IMG/VR virus record: IMGVR_UViG_3300028883_000006
DNA length: 64,000 nt
Source: an uncultured virus (IMG/VR IMGVR_UViG_3300028883_000006)
Taxonomy: Duplodnaviria > Heunggongvirae > Uroviricota > Caudoviricetes
Direction: 5' to 3' (one strand)
The position numbers and the translations under genes are program-made. This document shows positions 12,301 through 20,614 of this stretch, in pieces. How positions within the stretch are numbered: the first letter of the stretch is position 1; every line of letters begins with the position of its first letter. A model generated the notes under the pieces. That model ran no database searches and was not told the DNA's origin. It worked only from the letters and a program-made list of their open reading frames with translations.

Positions 12301-15300
12301 ACGAACAGGTATTCTATTCCAACACACAGAAGGCACTGGATGTCATTAAGCAGGATAAAGCTCCCTGGACACAGTGGCAGGCTATGCTTGTAAAGAACGG
12401 AGCCAAGCAAAGTGAGATGGACTGGCTTGACCTGGAAGGGAAGTTTAAGGATCGTAAGTCTGTCACCCGGGAAGAACTGCAACAGCATATTGACCGCAGT
12501 AAGATTGACATAAAAGAGATTGATATGTCAAAAACTACTGATCCTGATGATGAGATGGATTATAATAGGGCTTATAATTATCTTCAAGAAACAATAAACA
12601 AACATGATAGTGAAAGGTACGAGCTAAGATTATCATTAGCAAAATCAGGTGTAAGTGTTGAGGATGCGGAAGGCTGGATCCGTCAGCTTGATGAGCAGAA
12701 CTTTAATAACTTTAATACTAACAAGATGGCAGATGCAGTAAATAACATCCTTAAGTACCTGCCTGATTACGATATTAACGCTTACCATGATGTTGTTGAT
12801 GCTCATAAGAGGGCAGAAGATAGATTCCTGGCTGCCAAGAGCCGTTATGTAGAAAGGGATTATACCAAGTATTCCAGATGGACCTTACCAGGAGGGAAGA
12901 ACTACAAGGAAATACTCCTTACCCTTAAGAAACCTGTTAAAGCTATAGACCCCGCAGAAGAACAGGCAAGGGCAGACAGATGGGAAGAAGAATATGCGGA
13001 TGCACCTTTTGACATACAGGAGAGAGGGGCAACGCTTGAAGGGGACTTCCTTTCAGGTCACTGGGATGAACCTAATGTTATTTCTCATGTGAGGCTTAAT
13101 GAACGTACAGACACACAGGGGAGGAATATCCTGTTTATTGAGGAGATACAAAGCGACTGGGCACAGAAGATAAGGCGGGAAGGGGGAGTTGTAAATACCC
13201 CGGAAAGACTTAAAGAAACATTACAACCCTACCTGGATGATCTTATCAAAAGGGATAAAGCCCTTAATGATATTAAGAAACAGCTTGATGACGTACTTGC
13301 CGAGATGAGAGAATACGGTTTACCACAGGGAGCCAGTAGCGGAGAGATTGAATGGTTTGAACTTGGTGATTATAACTTCCTTGCAGCAAGGAATGAACGC
13401 TTCAGGAGGCTTATGGAACGCCAGAAAGAAGTCCGAAGTAATAAAGAATATTTAGAGATAGACGATGAAATAGAGAGAATAAGGGAGAGAGCAATACTTC
13501 TTGGTCGAAGCAGAAAAGAACTTATTAAAAGGAGAGAGGCAGCAGAGGAAGGCTTGCAAAACGCAAGAACAACATACTATGACCGCAAGGCAAGTCTTAC
13601 CGAGAATATGGTTCCCGATATGCCCTTCAAAAAGACTTCCGAATGGGCAGGTCTGGCTATGCGTAGGATGATACGATATGCTATTGACAATGGCTTTGAT
13701 GCCATTGCCTGGACCACAGGACAGCAACAGGCAGAGAGGTATGAACTAAGCAAACAGGTTCAGAAGATAAAGGCAAGGAAGCTGGATAATGGTAATTACG
13801 CTGTTGATATAACAACCAATGAAGGGGAGGAATATGTAGGTTTTGGAGGAGAGTTGACCGAGAACAGACTGGAAGAATATATTGGCAAAGAACTTGCCAA
13901 GAAGATAGTTGAAGATACCGGTAAGACTAATGACGGTAAAAGAATAGAATATACAGGCACAGACCTCGAAGTAGGTGGCGAAGGCATGAAGTCCTTTTAT
14001 GATAGTATTCTTCCCTCCGTTGCAAATAAGATAGGCAAGAAGTATGGGGCAAGGGTACAGTCTTTAGAACTTAGGTCAAGTAATAAAGGAGTGACATATT
14101 TTACATATAATCCTGATGGAACCCCTATGAAGTTTGCATCTCATAGCCTGGAGGAAGCTAAAGAAGAAATCAAGAAGAACAACGGGTATATTGTTCCAAT
14201 AACCTTTGATTATACCATTGAAAGGGATGACGCAGGCAAATATATAGTTATCCGAGAAGGTATTGACCTGTTTGATAGTTATGACATTGAGGCAGTTGTG
14301 GACTTTGTTCAAGGAGTAACTAAGGTTCATACAATGCCTATCACCCCTGAACTTTTCAATGCCTTCAAGCAAGGTGTGCCTTTGTATCGCAGCATAGAGA
14401 CACCTAAAGGTAAAACCCTGGAGGAACAACTGGAGAAACCTACAATGGCAGGAAAAGCCAAAAAAGAGGTACTGGGAAGGATAGAACTCCTGTCAAAGAA
14501 ATATGGTATTGATATAAACGCAGTAGATACCATTGAGGATCTTCCAAAGGAAATAAGGGACCAGGTAATACGATCAGGCAAGAGTAAAAGGGTACAGGGT
14601 TTATATGATCCTGCAAGTGACTCTATTTATGTTATCCTTAATAACAACCACAGCTTTGATGAGATATTAAAATCTATAATGCATGAGGTGGTAGGTCATA
14701 AAGGGGTACGCAGGTTGCTGGGCGAAGAATGGACCGAGGTGATGAACCTGGTATATAATGGCATGGATATAGAGGATATACAGGCTCTTGAACGCAAATA
14801 CAATACAACAGATAAGGATACTATAGCTGATGAATACCTGGCACTGATGGCAGAGAGGAATGTTAACCCAACACTCCTGCAGAAAGCTATTGCCCGGATC
14901 CGTCAGGCTATACGCAAGCTGTTTAAGCTCAACTACAGCTATAATGATGTTATTAACCTTCTGGCAGATACCCGAAAAATGCTCAGGGAGTCACAGAAGC
15001 CTAAGGCAAGTGATTATACCAATGCACAGGATTACCTGGATGCAGTAGAAGCATGGCATGGCAGTCCTTATGCAGGGATCCAGAATTTCACAACTGGCAG
15101 GGTAGGTACAGGTGAGGGATACCAGTCATACGGATGGGGAATGTATTTCACAGATAAGAGGGAAGTAGCCAAAGGATATGCTGAGGCACTGGCTAAGTAT
15201 GATGAGTATTACGATAAAGCCGAAACATTCATAGGGCAGAAGTCAGCTAAATGGATTGAGAAAGCTGTATTCTATTCTGGCTATGACCATAACAAAGTGA

Positions 15301-18300
15301 TACCCTTCCTGCAGGAAAAGATTGAGAAATACAAGGATAACCCGAATATTACACTGAGGTTTGAGAAAGCAATCAAGTTTATCCAGGATAATCCATTACC
15401 ACAGAACAGACACCTGTATAAAGTATTGATACGCAAAGGGAGAAAACCCGGAGAACTGAACTTTATTAATTTCCTTGAACCTCTTAAAAATAAGGATGTG
15501 GTCCTTATCAGTGACCAACTGGCAAGGGAAGGTATAACAGACGCATCACTTGAACACGCACTTTGGGATATTACACCTGCAAGGGTGCTGTATAAACAAT
15601 TATCACGAATACTGGGATCCGATAAGGAAGCATCATTATTACTGTCCAGGGCAGGTATTGACGGATTTATTTACCCTACCGAAATAAGCGACAGGGAAAA
15701 AGGCAGGGGTAAAGGAGTTAACTATGTAGTATTCAGGGAAGATAATATAACTGTTAAAGACAGGTTAAGCTACAGGCTTAGTGATGAATCCCCCGAGAAA
15801 AAAGGACCTCCTAAAAATCTTATAAAGACCGCAGCAGAGAAAAGACAGGCTACATGGCAGGACAGGATGTTATCTGTTAAGAAATGGCAAAATTCTATAC
15901 GGGGTAGAGGGGGAATGATAACCGAATCATCAAATCCTTATCGTCAGGAAAACCTGTCACATGGAGCCGTTAAACACGCTGTTGAGCAATATAATGAGAA
16001 ATATGTGGATCCCTTACTGGAAACCATAGGTAACATGATGAACACAGCAGGTATTGATTATGAGGAGGTAAACCTGTATATGAAAGCCAAACACGCCCCG
16101 GAACGCAACGCTGAACTAAGGGAGAGGACTGGCAAGGATGTTAATGCAGGTATGACAGACGAGGCTGCAAATGAGATTATAGACAGGTTTGAGAGTAAGT
16201 TTACAGAGGAAACAATTAACACCCTCTGGAATAAGATTAATGCTGCTACAGGATATACGCTAAAGAGATGGATGCAGGATGGTTTTATATCGACTGACCT
16301 GTATAAGAAAATAGCAGGTATGTATGACTATTATGTACCCCTGAGAAACTGGAAGAAAACAGAGCTTGATGAGTTTTACGAATACCAGGGAGAGGATGTA
16401 GGCAAGGTGGTTAACCCGCTAAAGACGGCAAGAGGTAGAAAATCAGAGGCAGATGATCCCCTGCAGTATATAGTCAACATGGCTCATACGGCAGTTGTGA
16501 CAGGTGAGAAAAACCGTATCAAACAACACGCTGCAAGGCTTGTCCGTAACAACAAAGATATGACGGACCTGCATAAGTTTAAGAAGATATACCGGGTATT
16601 TGACGGTTCGTATGATGAAATGGGTAATAAGAACTATTACGAAACAACCGAAAGACCGGCACAGGATATATGGGATAGAGGATGGGTACTAACAAAAGAG
16701 GATACCCAACACATGAAGGGCAGGGCTATGTCACAGGCTAAAGAGCATGAGACAGAAGTATGGATCAATGGCGATAAGTATGTTATGGTTCTTCCGGCTG
16801 ATGTATCCAATGCACTGAATAAGACTCCTTCCAGGTGGGATAATGTGGCTTATATAACACGAAACAACTTTGGAAGGCTTACCAGGTGGCTGTCAAGCAA
16901 CTTTACCAGTAAAAACCCTGCCTTTATTCCCATAAACCAGATGCGAGATTTACAATATGCAGCACTGGCCCATTATTGCAAGGGTGATGCAAAACAGTCC
17001 TTAGAGTTTATGAAAGCCTTGCCTAAAGCCAGGGGAGCAATAATAAGGTATCTGAAAGGCAAAGGGGAGGCTGATAACAAGTATGACCAGATGTACCTTG
17101 ATTTTATGCTCAATGGAGGAGAGACAGGATGGGTACACCTGAAGGATGTGGACCAGCTTGCTAAGGAAATGGAGAAGGAACTGGCAAGGATGACCGGGAA
17201 GAATACAGTATGGGATAAGACCATACATAATAAATACCTGAGAATAGCCGGTCAATGGATGGAACACATGGCTATAAGGAGTGAGAACCTGTCAAGGTTT
17301 GCAACGTATATCATTGCAATAGAAGCCGGTAAGTCGCCCAAGCAGGCTGCCTTTGAAGCTAAGGAGATCACTGTGAACTTTAACCGCAAGGGTAGAGCTT
17401 CATCCTTGATGGGTTCCTTATATGCCTTCTTTAACGCATCCCTGCAGGGAGGTAATAATATATATAACCTGGGCAAGAAACATACTGCTAAATTTTTGGG
17501 CGTAGGTGCCGGATTTATGGCAATGGGGTTCTTGTCTGCTATGCTAAACCATTTATGGGGTGGAGATGATGATGAAGGAGATAATTACTATGAGGGTTTG
17601 AATGATTATGTCAAGTATAATCACCTTGTCATAAAAAGCCCCTTCGGTGACAGGTTCTTGACTATACCCCTGCCTCATGGATTCAGGTGGTTCAATAGTC
17701 TTGGTGTGATAGCTTACGAAAACCTGTTTACCGATAGCAAAACGATAGGGGACAGCGTAAAAGATGCTGTTTCTAATGCCTTTGCATCAATATCGCCTGT
17801 TAACCCAGTTGAGTTCCTGGGAGAAGATGAGCAGTTGACACTAAGGCCCCTTGTTCCAACAGGACTAATGCCCTGGTATGATATATGGGTTAATGCTGAT
17901 TTTACAGGAAGGAACATACACAGGGAACCGTTTACTAAAGCTCTTGATGGAAGAATAGCTGATTCTTCACTTGGGCAGTCCTATGTAAACCCGGGTGTCA
18001 AATGGCTTACCGATAACCTGTTTAAGGTAGGTGGTGGAGATCCTGATGTAGGAAGTAAATTTTACCTTGATGACAATGGTAAGATACATAAGGTAAGCGA
18101 TATGTTCGACAAGAACCCTTCAGATATCGAACACATGATTGAATACTACCTGGGTGGTAGAGGAACATTCTGGAATAATCTTGTCAAGACCAGTGCATCT
18201 ATAGTACAGGGAGCCGGAGAAGTAATGACCGGTGACAAGGACTTTCAGAATATTGTTGATGATGTTAACATGAATAACCTGCCTATTGTACGCAGATTGC

Positions 18301-18596
18301 TTCGTCAGCCCTGGAATAATACTGTATATAGCAAGTACTATAAAATAGTTGATGAGATAGAGGATTATAAGTCACTTATAAGTCAGCGCAACAAAGGACT
18401 GGAGAGATATGAGAAGGAGGGATTTACCCCTGAGTGGCAGATAAAGATTGATATGCTTAATATGTTAAAAGATGACCTTGAATACATAGATGAAGATATT
18501 AAGCTGATAGAGGATCCCCGACAGGTTAAGGAATTTAAGGGCCTTCAGGAGATGTTGATAAGGAATTTTATAGAAGATATATCTAAATATGAGTAG
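387..18596 (+). CDS. Giant polyvalent (DarB-like) protein, 6069 aa: InPase-like domain, two DNA methyltransferases, SF2 helicase, JAB/RadC, metallopeptidase, ADP-ribosyltransferase, LPD38-like C-terminus
   Basis: Motifs: SEAQKKAGNYKKGH/DGDQVDVF/FDEHKVMLGF (~3520-3960); DIPY and DPFAGSG (~4780-5430); NATGTGKT, DESHH, SATP, QAEGRINR (~7720-9540); EPSAGHG and NPPF (~9690-10330); HNHPSG (~11340); HEVVGH (~14680); WHGSP..GTGEG..YGWGMYFT (~15050); IPLPHGF (~17665). Confidence 0.9.
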   Translation: MPTSLKDPDKKKKIQDPKDRMKEIQKMFALPSVDFGPGVEALPDLDAQVLGDDYLPQTDEQKQFEKEWGEKGPGEKFGLGWKKGVNWLKGGVGNFFAETLPQISKMGTALAPGGVPYNPLFPNSKEMYEGMVEASDNDESFDNLIDRVTQASEEKFEIAEGIKGKGFVFNAANMLPQAMGTVAAAVATAATGGAPALAAIPALVSGGNLLVLSSAVVGDQLRQYDKYVEETGKDPNELERWGVALLAGAAEYASEKMRLNMALDKFVPNGLTGKLMGNILRKNPEVSSDILSKWAKKFPNKYQKLIGFIRKVNIQGMEEGGEELFAEFIQTLAQNIYLDPEHKHTIGDAVQNSLRAAAGGYAMGGFLGPITVSSNKAYHYLRRNKEGKVTLLETKDGDVFEYVGTGKNGQMTVIDNDLRPKTITREDIAKSITLKPQEVSQFLDAYKQGQENLPQLERELVNKSAERQIRSFGEKISFEGSDMISSVQDKEGNILFLKSEGPKALGKKTFVALNAETMELVILKETDIAERNEISLDEWMQSEMEAYYQTIQQSEEVAAQQQVQAEVEAEMQEKEEETPLAPGEEINYMDRKWSISEIGTDGTLYVDEITEDGVGESIEIKPEDAANIQRTGQQEEEQPGEQEEIPEQELPDYSFNGKEVTKGYVKGRIRVAKSLNDLNGLAWKNDKDLDKMVAERFPEAVPEYKVGKDKADRDEIIGIIEGATDISDLEGVTVKNDDELTEMLVAKATELNPEVIEEINKAEPLKEEEEIKAEPEQKAEETTKETSGVDETTTVVGETDPAWRHIRNNIVSEKGKSRKERSEFQRVAQEMLRSGMPVNEVIGKINKKYSLNIPLFFDVEGAAKDIKEKPPEKPPTGGAGAMVVKPQPEKAEGEVDQKEPTEREKYGLEQLRPTYRGTTLSEWEAIQDGGVISSDNMQEATWITDKKEYADDYAKSKDDGVIIEFKPEVIDKSAVESGQENDETGIRLGKGLTIDDILRVTNAKGEVIYEAGKEATPVEKEEKTEQEEEQAPSKQAEVEKESAKVDTSPSEAQKKAGNYKKGHVSIQGMEISIEQPALSIRSGKDSKGNKWSVMLHNPYGYFRRTEGKDGDQVDVFLGDNLESKKVFVIDQVVPGTGEFDEHKVMLGFENFKEAEDNYLANYEPGWKGLGEIVEMDIDEFKEWLGNGTRTKKPVGELLKEQEDKQEEVKRQAYNEFSEKYKSIENIETLNTAIEELFALQRKVGYLKHGDPDYPWGTIGKGWGFSDELANKTPGEQNWEREEVGLTPDKKGWAVMNRIDLAKSPNGYWASEYSWSLGSSGGGSAPSIHSKAFATRKEALRHGLERFIENMSKRKEGAETKSDIAYAEKLLKEAKAKLNEIGGPLKKAEFAGDILEKPKTQKEQVKQVLKGEESKSIKEIADETGIVEPSIRRILGVGTKQGEFERVDKGVYKLVTEDGKTTAWIHAGDAVEVLPRLAKEGFKADMIFLDIPYTTSAIKSGNRELNFDKISPQQFDKVVQSISQIARSEDTPVLFMHSTSKTGTKDMEEYLQVIEKEFKPVAKGFYTKYYRNGNRVTMPMRKDFLPPEAIVLMTKSGEFTPISKEFDLDFDLVRPKGYPTEKPAEMLRKLIEMTTYEKDMILDPFAGSGVTGAEAVKAGRDVTLIEKSEKAVEGVIKPRVERAAKESEPTVSTEGITSPAIEITKDEWAVMDVTKTLKSPYRRQYLKNLGIDEERYKEIKDSLYRKKILLANGGITGLGLAVVDGLYKRAGVKSIVGRSYEKPDSPVWNLWKKEEPVSQEQGLRESWRETLIKAREAAVSVFTKEELDELREKGLDWTDREAIVKAVDNKLNEKPTEEGLAPEVGPGEERMNDPGTDLAKILKPGMVFRNIYIGPSYKWKREDYGIYSSEGYPVQGMEVLTVKRVEDKQGRPGYHHYWVTAIRTDAPRKKDGGFKQNVLDAEESIYNFVLHRGRIEETHAPVPGTTGENMERIFVIDDRASGVKPKPATQQQEIKPVEKKKPARKKKPSRTDKVLERDPESFLEATLQFFVKGGRIATQDFVAHTGFKPKTTEFRKFIWAIKNTGQSLDVFNEALQNSFGMEDKGPMDMINEVIEIMKMYPSRGKMLNALEDIQNQQEPQDREDIPDMEVIEADLEDMDRDEDFDYILNSETYGPIIDEFTNWEGYFNVGNLLAKIEADPFYFTTFPYGLSEQELKDFKKTLKNDGKSIQERIKAAYRAFGDSEEENTPGSSEGDEIRTGAEGERGEEEEIDEAELFNDIAKKEEDVEHRPIDTERHSQAGTSEVQADEQDVPEKPVDSSEGRRKTSESTGKGTGTELSTTGTRKDSPGDMGDIAPVSGERGDRQVHKEDERPKSDEGFAGDLFTAGGVDLHGERQARPRREGQEGDRGDVEKTRKVSSYKVKAQLEAESIPVKENDVQNIKDTLPFLFPEQHDDVIKTERRFQEGKGMLFSNATGTGKTYTGLGVAKRFDKQGKSNILIVVPTDIKAKDWIRDGRNLNLDIRQLDNTQDGGDKINVTTYANFKQNPELLKREFDLIIYDESHHIMANQKGQNTAGTEAHFKISNRNYGWALERLKANTGLWKREAEIQRRISEWNAENNSNLDKGENQVSWEYSNEIEPLERELEEVKAKQDEVLPDLQEKAKTASERTKVVFLSATPFKSHFTLRYANDYLYKMGSDSRMESGYNEGSSEDQFFISNFGYRMRYNKLTAPEAEVDVSALERMFVDNMIKKGSFAGRMLQTDYDYSRDFPIISNKGSVSLNEGIRLLLSINKNTHPEFEALDKYIHFRFYNYLYSNQLFEVLKAGMMIPRIKQHLEMGRKVVIFHRYKQAKVDHPFDFSNAYYEYNDWYNKIRVRKYLRDDKKAIEAWEKFQAKYSEYLGLKLDLRNPIQQLQDAFPGLLVFNGDVPKKVRKERQALFNDPNSGSNIILIQEQAGREGIDLHDITGNKQRVLINLGMPVDPITALQAEGRINRIGLMSNAVFEYPVLGLDIEKYHFGSKINERIGTTENLSLGNKARDLRRSFKDGFLNADVFSPNEQQGTGGKKFDMPETLERDDPYQKARALYYTNKKKTSREKSAEGIDYFATPEPLGFKMWQWLQLNRGERGLEPSAGHGAISRFAPDGVELTSIEPSNVLFSKLMVNAEGKKVNQRFEDFYVGNKFEGVAMNPPFGTGGKIAMEHLEKAFGHLSWKGGRVVAIIPAGPSMDKRLDKFLHGEDENGKQLHPDAFLRAEINLPSVSFERAGTSVNAKIVVIDKVYKADQYDIPGPVNIDLSSHTNINEFFDALENVEVPAKISKEDRKVEEVKKPERWNIHHIVRFKDNEGKIRVGTIRNIVEVAGVQRHFFIVQSAEEMPESFDIKNIIGFASEKDLAMKELDDVFTGKASTVTPRQEKLMTTSRELELIKQQHTKEGYDLHTIKLNIRLDKDDFYSLKRMAKNEGGYYSSYKGQGAIPGFNFKDEQAAKNFLAKATDFLNNRNFEVNERPQTYRQAEKEPVILAESAFDQELPLDSGSAEVQREEDTGQDRSGRNRPSLRKLGPGEFARLEVKYTIDKNLVFNGKEKIESQDDVAFLFRKLEDKAVENIFALHVLENGKSVIQHISVGSNAGSIVNFNAIADGINRFNPVKTYFIHNHPSGNINPSRADITILSKLKDAFGDVINPLGIIIDIDSGLYGTFGSIEGFENSYEIPKQAPEKEYKVYRFDRMVFNKDIDYLHEKHAKIKEQDEAAQYASAQRHTSGNKLSALILSRQNKIVANIHYPYSNLNENRHDFMADTRAYCARFNASGLILYGRGISEVDVIALNRIKEELKTTDINLLDAFDMKRIEAGEGGGASIMMEPQTDYTNGLQAEIERTREELRKVTKARQDKKNELSKRINTQGALFAGEVFGPTLEQKTTFDVDMDATQENIKRILSDYDNQIARLQKRLADLEKQAERAAIENKGQGVLFRLADEQVFYSNTQKALDVIKQDKAPWTQWQAMLVKNGAKQSEMDWLDLEGKFKDRKSVTREELQQHIDRSKIDIKEIDMSKTTDPDDEMDYNRAYNYLQETINKHDSERYELRLSLAKSGVSVEDAEGWIRQLDEQNFNNFNTNKMADAVNNILKYLPDYDINAYHDVVDAHKRAEDRFLAAKSRYVERDYTKYSRWTLPGGKNYKEILLTLKKPVKAIDPAEEQARADRWEEEYADAPFDIQERGATLEGDFLSGHWDEPNVISHVRLNERTDTQGRNILFIEEIQSDWAQKIRREGGVVNTPERLKETLQPYLDDLIKRDKALNDIKKQLDDVLAEMREYGLPQGASSGEIEWFELGDYNFLAARNERFRRLMERQKEVRSNKEYLEIDDEIERIRERAILLGRSRKELIKRREAAEEGLQNARTTYYDRKASLTENMVPDMPFKKTSEWAGLAMRRMIRYAIDNGFDAIAWTTGQQQAERYELSKQVQKIKARKLDNGNYAVDITTNEGEEYVGFGGELTENRLEEYIGKELAKKIVEDTGKTNDGKRIEYTGTDLEVGGEGMKSFYDSILPSVANKIGKKYGARVQSLELRSSNKGVTYFTYNPDGTPMKFASHSLEEAKEEIKKNNGYIVPITFDYTIERDDAGKYIVIREGIDLFDSYDIEAVVDFVQGVTKVHTMPITPELFNAFKQGVPLYRSIETPKGKTLEEQLEKPTMAGKAKKEVLGRIELLSKKYGIDINAVDTIEDLPKEIRDQVIRSGKSKRVQGLYDPASDSIYVILNNNHSFDEILKSIMHEVVGHKGVRRLLGEEWTEVMNLVYNGMDIEDIQALERKYNTTDKDTIADEYLALMAERNVNPTLLQKAIARIRQAIRKLFKLNYSYNDVINLLADTRKMLRESQKPKASDYTNAQDYLDAVEAWHGSPYAGIQNFTTGRVGTGEGYQSYGWGMYFTDKREVAKGYAEALAKYDEYYDKAETFIGQKSAKWIEKAVFYSGYDHNKVIPFLQEKIEKYKDNPNITLRFEKAIKFIQDNPLPQNRHLYKVLIRKGRKPGELNFINFLEPLKNKDVVLISDQLAREGITDASLEHALWDITPARVLYKQLSRILGSDKEASLLLSRAGIDGFIYPTEISDREKGRGKGVNYVVFREDNITVKDRLSYRLSDESPEKKGPPKNLIKTAAEKRQATWQDRMLSVKKWQNSIRGRGGMITESSNPYRQENLSHGAVKHAVEQYNEKYVDPLLETIGNMMNTAGIDYEEVNLYMKAKHAPERNAELRERTGKDVNAGMTDEAANEIIDRFESKFTEETINTLWNKINAATGYTLKRWMQDGFISTDLYKKIAGMYDYYVPLRNWKKTELDEFYEYQGEDVGKVVNPLKTARGRKSEADDPLQYIVNMAHTAVVTGEKNRIKQHAARLVRNNKDMTDLHKFKKIYRVFDGSYDEMGNKNYYETTERPAQDIWDRGWVLTKEDTQHMKGRAMSQAKEHETEVWINGDKYVMVLPADVSNALNKTPSRWDNVAYITRNNFGRLTRWLSSNFTSKNPAFIPINQMRDLQYAALAHYCKGDAKQSLEFMKALPKARGAIIRYLKGKGEADNKYDQMYLDFMLNGGETGWVHLKDVDQLAKEMEKELARMTGKNTVWDKTIHNKYLRIAGQWMEHMAIRSENLSRFATYIIAIEAGKSPKQAAFEAKEITVNFNRKGRASSLMGSLYAFFNASLQGGNNIYNLGKKHTAKFLGVGAGFMAMGFLSAMLNHLWGGDDDEGDNYYEGLNDYVKYNHLVIKSPFGDRFLTIPLPHGFRWFNSLGVIAYENLFTDSKTIGDSVKDAVSNAFASISPVNPVEFLGEDEQLTLRPLVPTGLMPWYDIWVNADFTGRNIHREPFTKALDGRIADSSLGQSYVNPGVKWLTDNLFKVGGGDPDVGSKFYLDDNGKIHKVSDMFDKNPSDIEHMIEYYLGGRGTFWNNLVKTSASIVQGAGEVMTGDKDFQNIVDDVNMNNLPIVRRLLRQPWNNTVYSKYYKIVDEIEDYKSLISQRNKGLERYEKEGFTPEWQIKIDMLNMLKDDLEYIDEDIKLIEDPRQVKEFKGLQEMLIRNFIEDISKYE

Positions 18597-18598
18597 CC

Positions 18599-20581
18599 AT
18601 GAGGATAGTAACTAAAGATTTGAAGGATCTCAAGACTAACACATCCCTGGGGATGCGTAAGCAGAAGATCATACGCCTGGAAACAGAGGTAGACCAGGAA
18701 GATGTAAGGGAGAATATACACCTCCTTGAGCAATGCCGTACTTACTGGGAGAGCCTGAGAGATTTCAGGGACCGCAGGAGGCGTAACCGTAGATATTACA
18801 GAGGCGATCAGTGGGGCGACCTTGTGAAGGATCCTGATAGTGTCAGTGATGATTATATTACTGAGAGTGATTATATCAAAAGGCAAGGGAAAGTACCTTT
18901 AAAGCAGAACCAGATCCGTCAGCTTGTAAAGAACCTGATAGGTCAGTATCGTAGCAATCCGTCAAAGAGTATCGTCATTGCACGACAGAGAGATGATGCC
19001 AGTCTAAGTGATATGCTCAGTAATGCTATTGAGTATGCTTCACAGATCAATATGGCAGGAGAGCTTGATGCAAGGCTGTTTGAGGAATACGCTTTGTCTG
19101 GTGCCCCTATCCAGAAGATAGGCTACAAATACTGGAAGGAACGCAACCAGGAAGATGTTTACATAGAAAATGTTAATCCAAACAGGATGTTCTTCAATTC
19201 AGATGTTTCGGATATACGTCTGAAAGACCTCAGGCTGGTAGGTGAAATTATTGATGCCCCCCTGGATGAAGTTATTTCAACATTTGCTAAGAGTAGGGCA
19301 GACCAGGAAAGGATAAGAAACCTTTACAGGGGTGTATATGAGAAAGACCTATATAGGAGAGAAGGACTTACTGCAGACACACTTGATCACCTTGATTTCT
19401 ATATACCGGCAGACCTGAACAAAGCGAGGGTGCTTGAAGTATGGTACCTGGTTGGAGAGACAAAGACATACGCACATGACCCCCTTGATGGTTCCTATGA
19501 TATTGTTGACTATACCCTCAAAGAGATAGCACAGCAAAACAGGGACAGGTTAATATTTTATAAGGAGCAAGGTTATGAAGAAGAAGAAATACCTCTTATA
19601 GAGGCAGAGGAGAAATATGAGCAGATATGGAAGGTTAAGTACCTTACACCTCATGGTCATACCTTATGGGAAGGAGAAACACCTTATGCACATGAAGAAC
19701 ATCCTTATGCTATTACCCTTTATCCTTTACTGGACGGTGAAGTATGGGGTTTTATCGAGGATGTGATAGATCAGCAAAGATATATAAACCGGCTTATTAT
19801 ACTGATGGATTTTATGATGAGTGCTTCAGCTAAAGGAGTGTTGCTTGTTCCTGAAGATGTTATACCGGATGGTATGACACCTGATGACTTTGCAAAGGAA
19901 TGGACAAGGTTTAACGGCATAATAGTTTATAAACCCAATAAAGAACACCTGCAACTACCGAAACAGATATCGAGTAATTCAACCAATGCAGGGGTAAAAG
20001 ACCTGCTTGCAATACAGATGCAATTACTGCAAGAGATATCAGGTGTGCATAGTGCTATACAGGGAATGGATGCCAAGAGTGGTACACCTTCATCCCTGTA
20101 TGCTCAGGAGGCACAAAATGCAACTATCAATACTCTGGATTACATGGAAACATTCTCATCTTTCCGTAAGAAAAGAGACATGAAGATGCTCCAGGTAATA
20201 ACACAGTTCTATAAAGAAAAACGGTTCCTGGCTATCAATGGAAGAAGTTTTGAATATGACACTATGGTATTCGATCCTGAAAAGGTCCGGGATCTGTCAT
20301 ACGATATTGTTGTTACCCAGGGTAAGGATACACCTGTATATCGACAGCTTATTGATGATACTCTTATGACATTACTGGAACAACAGTTTATAGACCTTGA
20401 GATGTTCCTGGAACACACATCACTACCTATAGCACAGAAATTACTGCAGAGTGTTAAGGCACGTAATCAGGAAATGACTGAGGAACAAGCAGGAGTAGTG
20501 CCGGAGGATATGGTCAACCAGGTTAACCAGCAGGCTAATCCGCAGGCAGTTGAATTATTAAAGAAGATGGTAAAAGGGTAA
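18599..20581 (+). CDS. Portal protein, P22-like
   Basis: 660 aa; YYRGDQW, NQIRQLVKNLIG, DVIDQQRYINR and EISGVHSAIQG are typical of P22-type portals. Confidence 0.85.
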   Translation: MRIVTKDLKDLKTNTSLGMRKQKIIRLETEVDQEDVRENIHLLEQCRTYWESLRDFRDRRRRNRRYYRGDQWGDLVKDPDSVSDDYITESDYIKRQGKVPLKQNQIRQLVKNLIGQYRSNPSKSIVIARQRDDASLSDMLSNAIEYASQINMAGELDARLFEEYALSGAPIQKIGYKYWKERNQEDVYIENVNPNRMFFNSDVSDIRLKDLRLVGEIIDAPLDEVISTFAKSRADQERIRNLYRGVYEKDLYRREGLTADTLDHLDFYIPADLNKARVLEVWYLVGETKTYAHDPLDGSYDIVDYTLKEIAQQNRDRLIFYKEQGYEEEEIPLIEAEEKYEQIWKVKYLTPHGHTLWEGETPYAHEEHPYAITLYPLLDGEVWGFIEDVIDQQRYINRLIILMDFMMSASAKGVLLVPEDVIPDGMTPDDFAKEWTRFNGIIVYKPNKEHLQLPKQISSNSTNAGVKDLLAIQMQLLQEISGVHSAIQGMDAKSGTPSSLYAQEAQNATINTLDYMETFSSFRKKRDMKMLQVITQFYKEKRFLAINGRSFEYDTMVFDPEKVRDLSYDIVVTQGKDTPVYRQLIDDTLMTLLEQQFIDLEMFLEHTSLPIAQKLLQSVKARNQEMTEEQAGVVPEDMVNQVNQQANPQAVELLKKMVKG

Positions 20582-20614
20582 ACAGTATAGTATTCACATA
20601 AAATAACAATTAAG

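Noticed and set aside
545..18886. Many short minus-strand and alternate-frame ORFs inside the giant gene, including 7216..7650
   Set aside because: Shadows of a purine-rich coding strand; no motifs or initiation context
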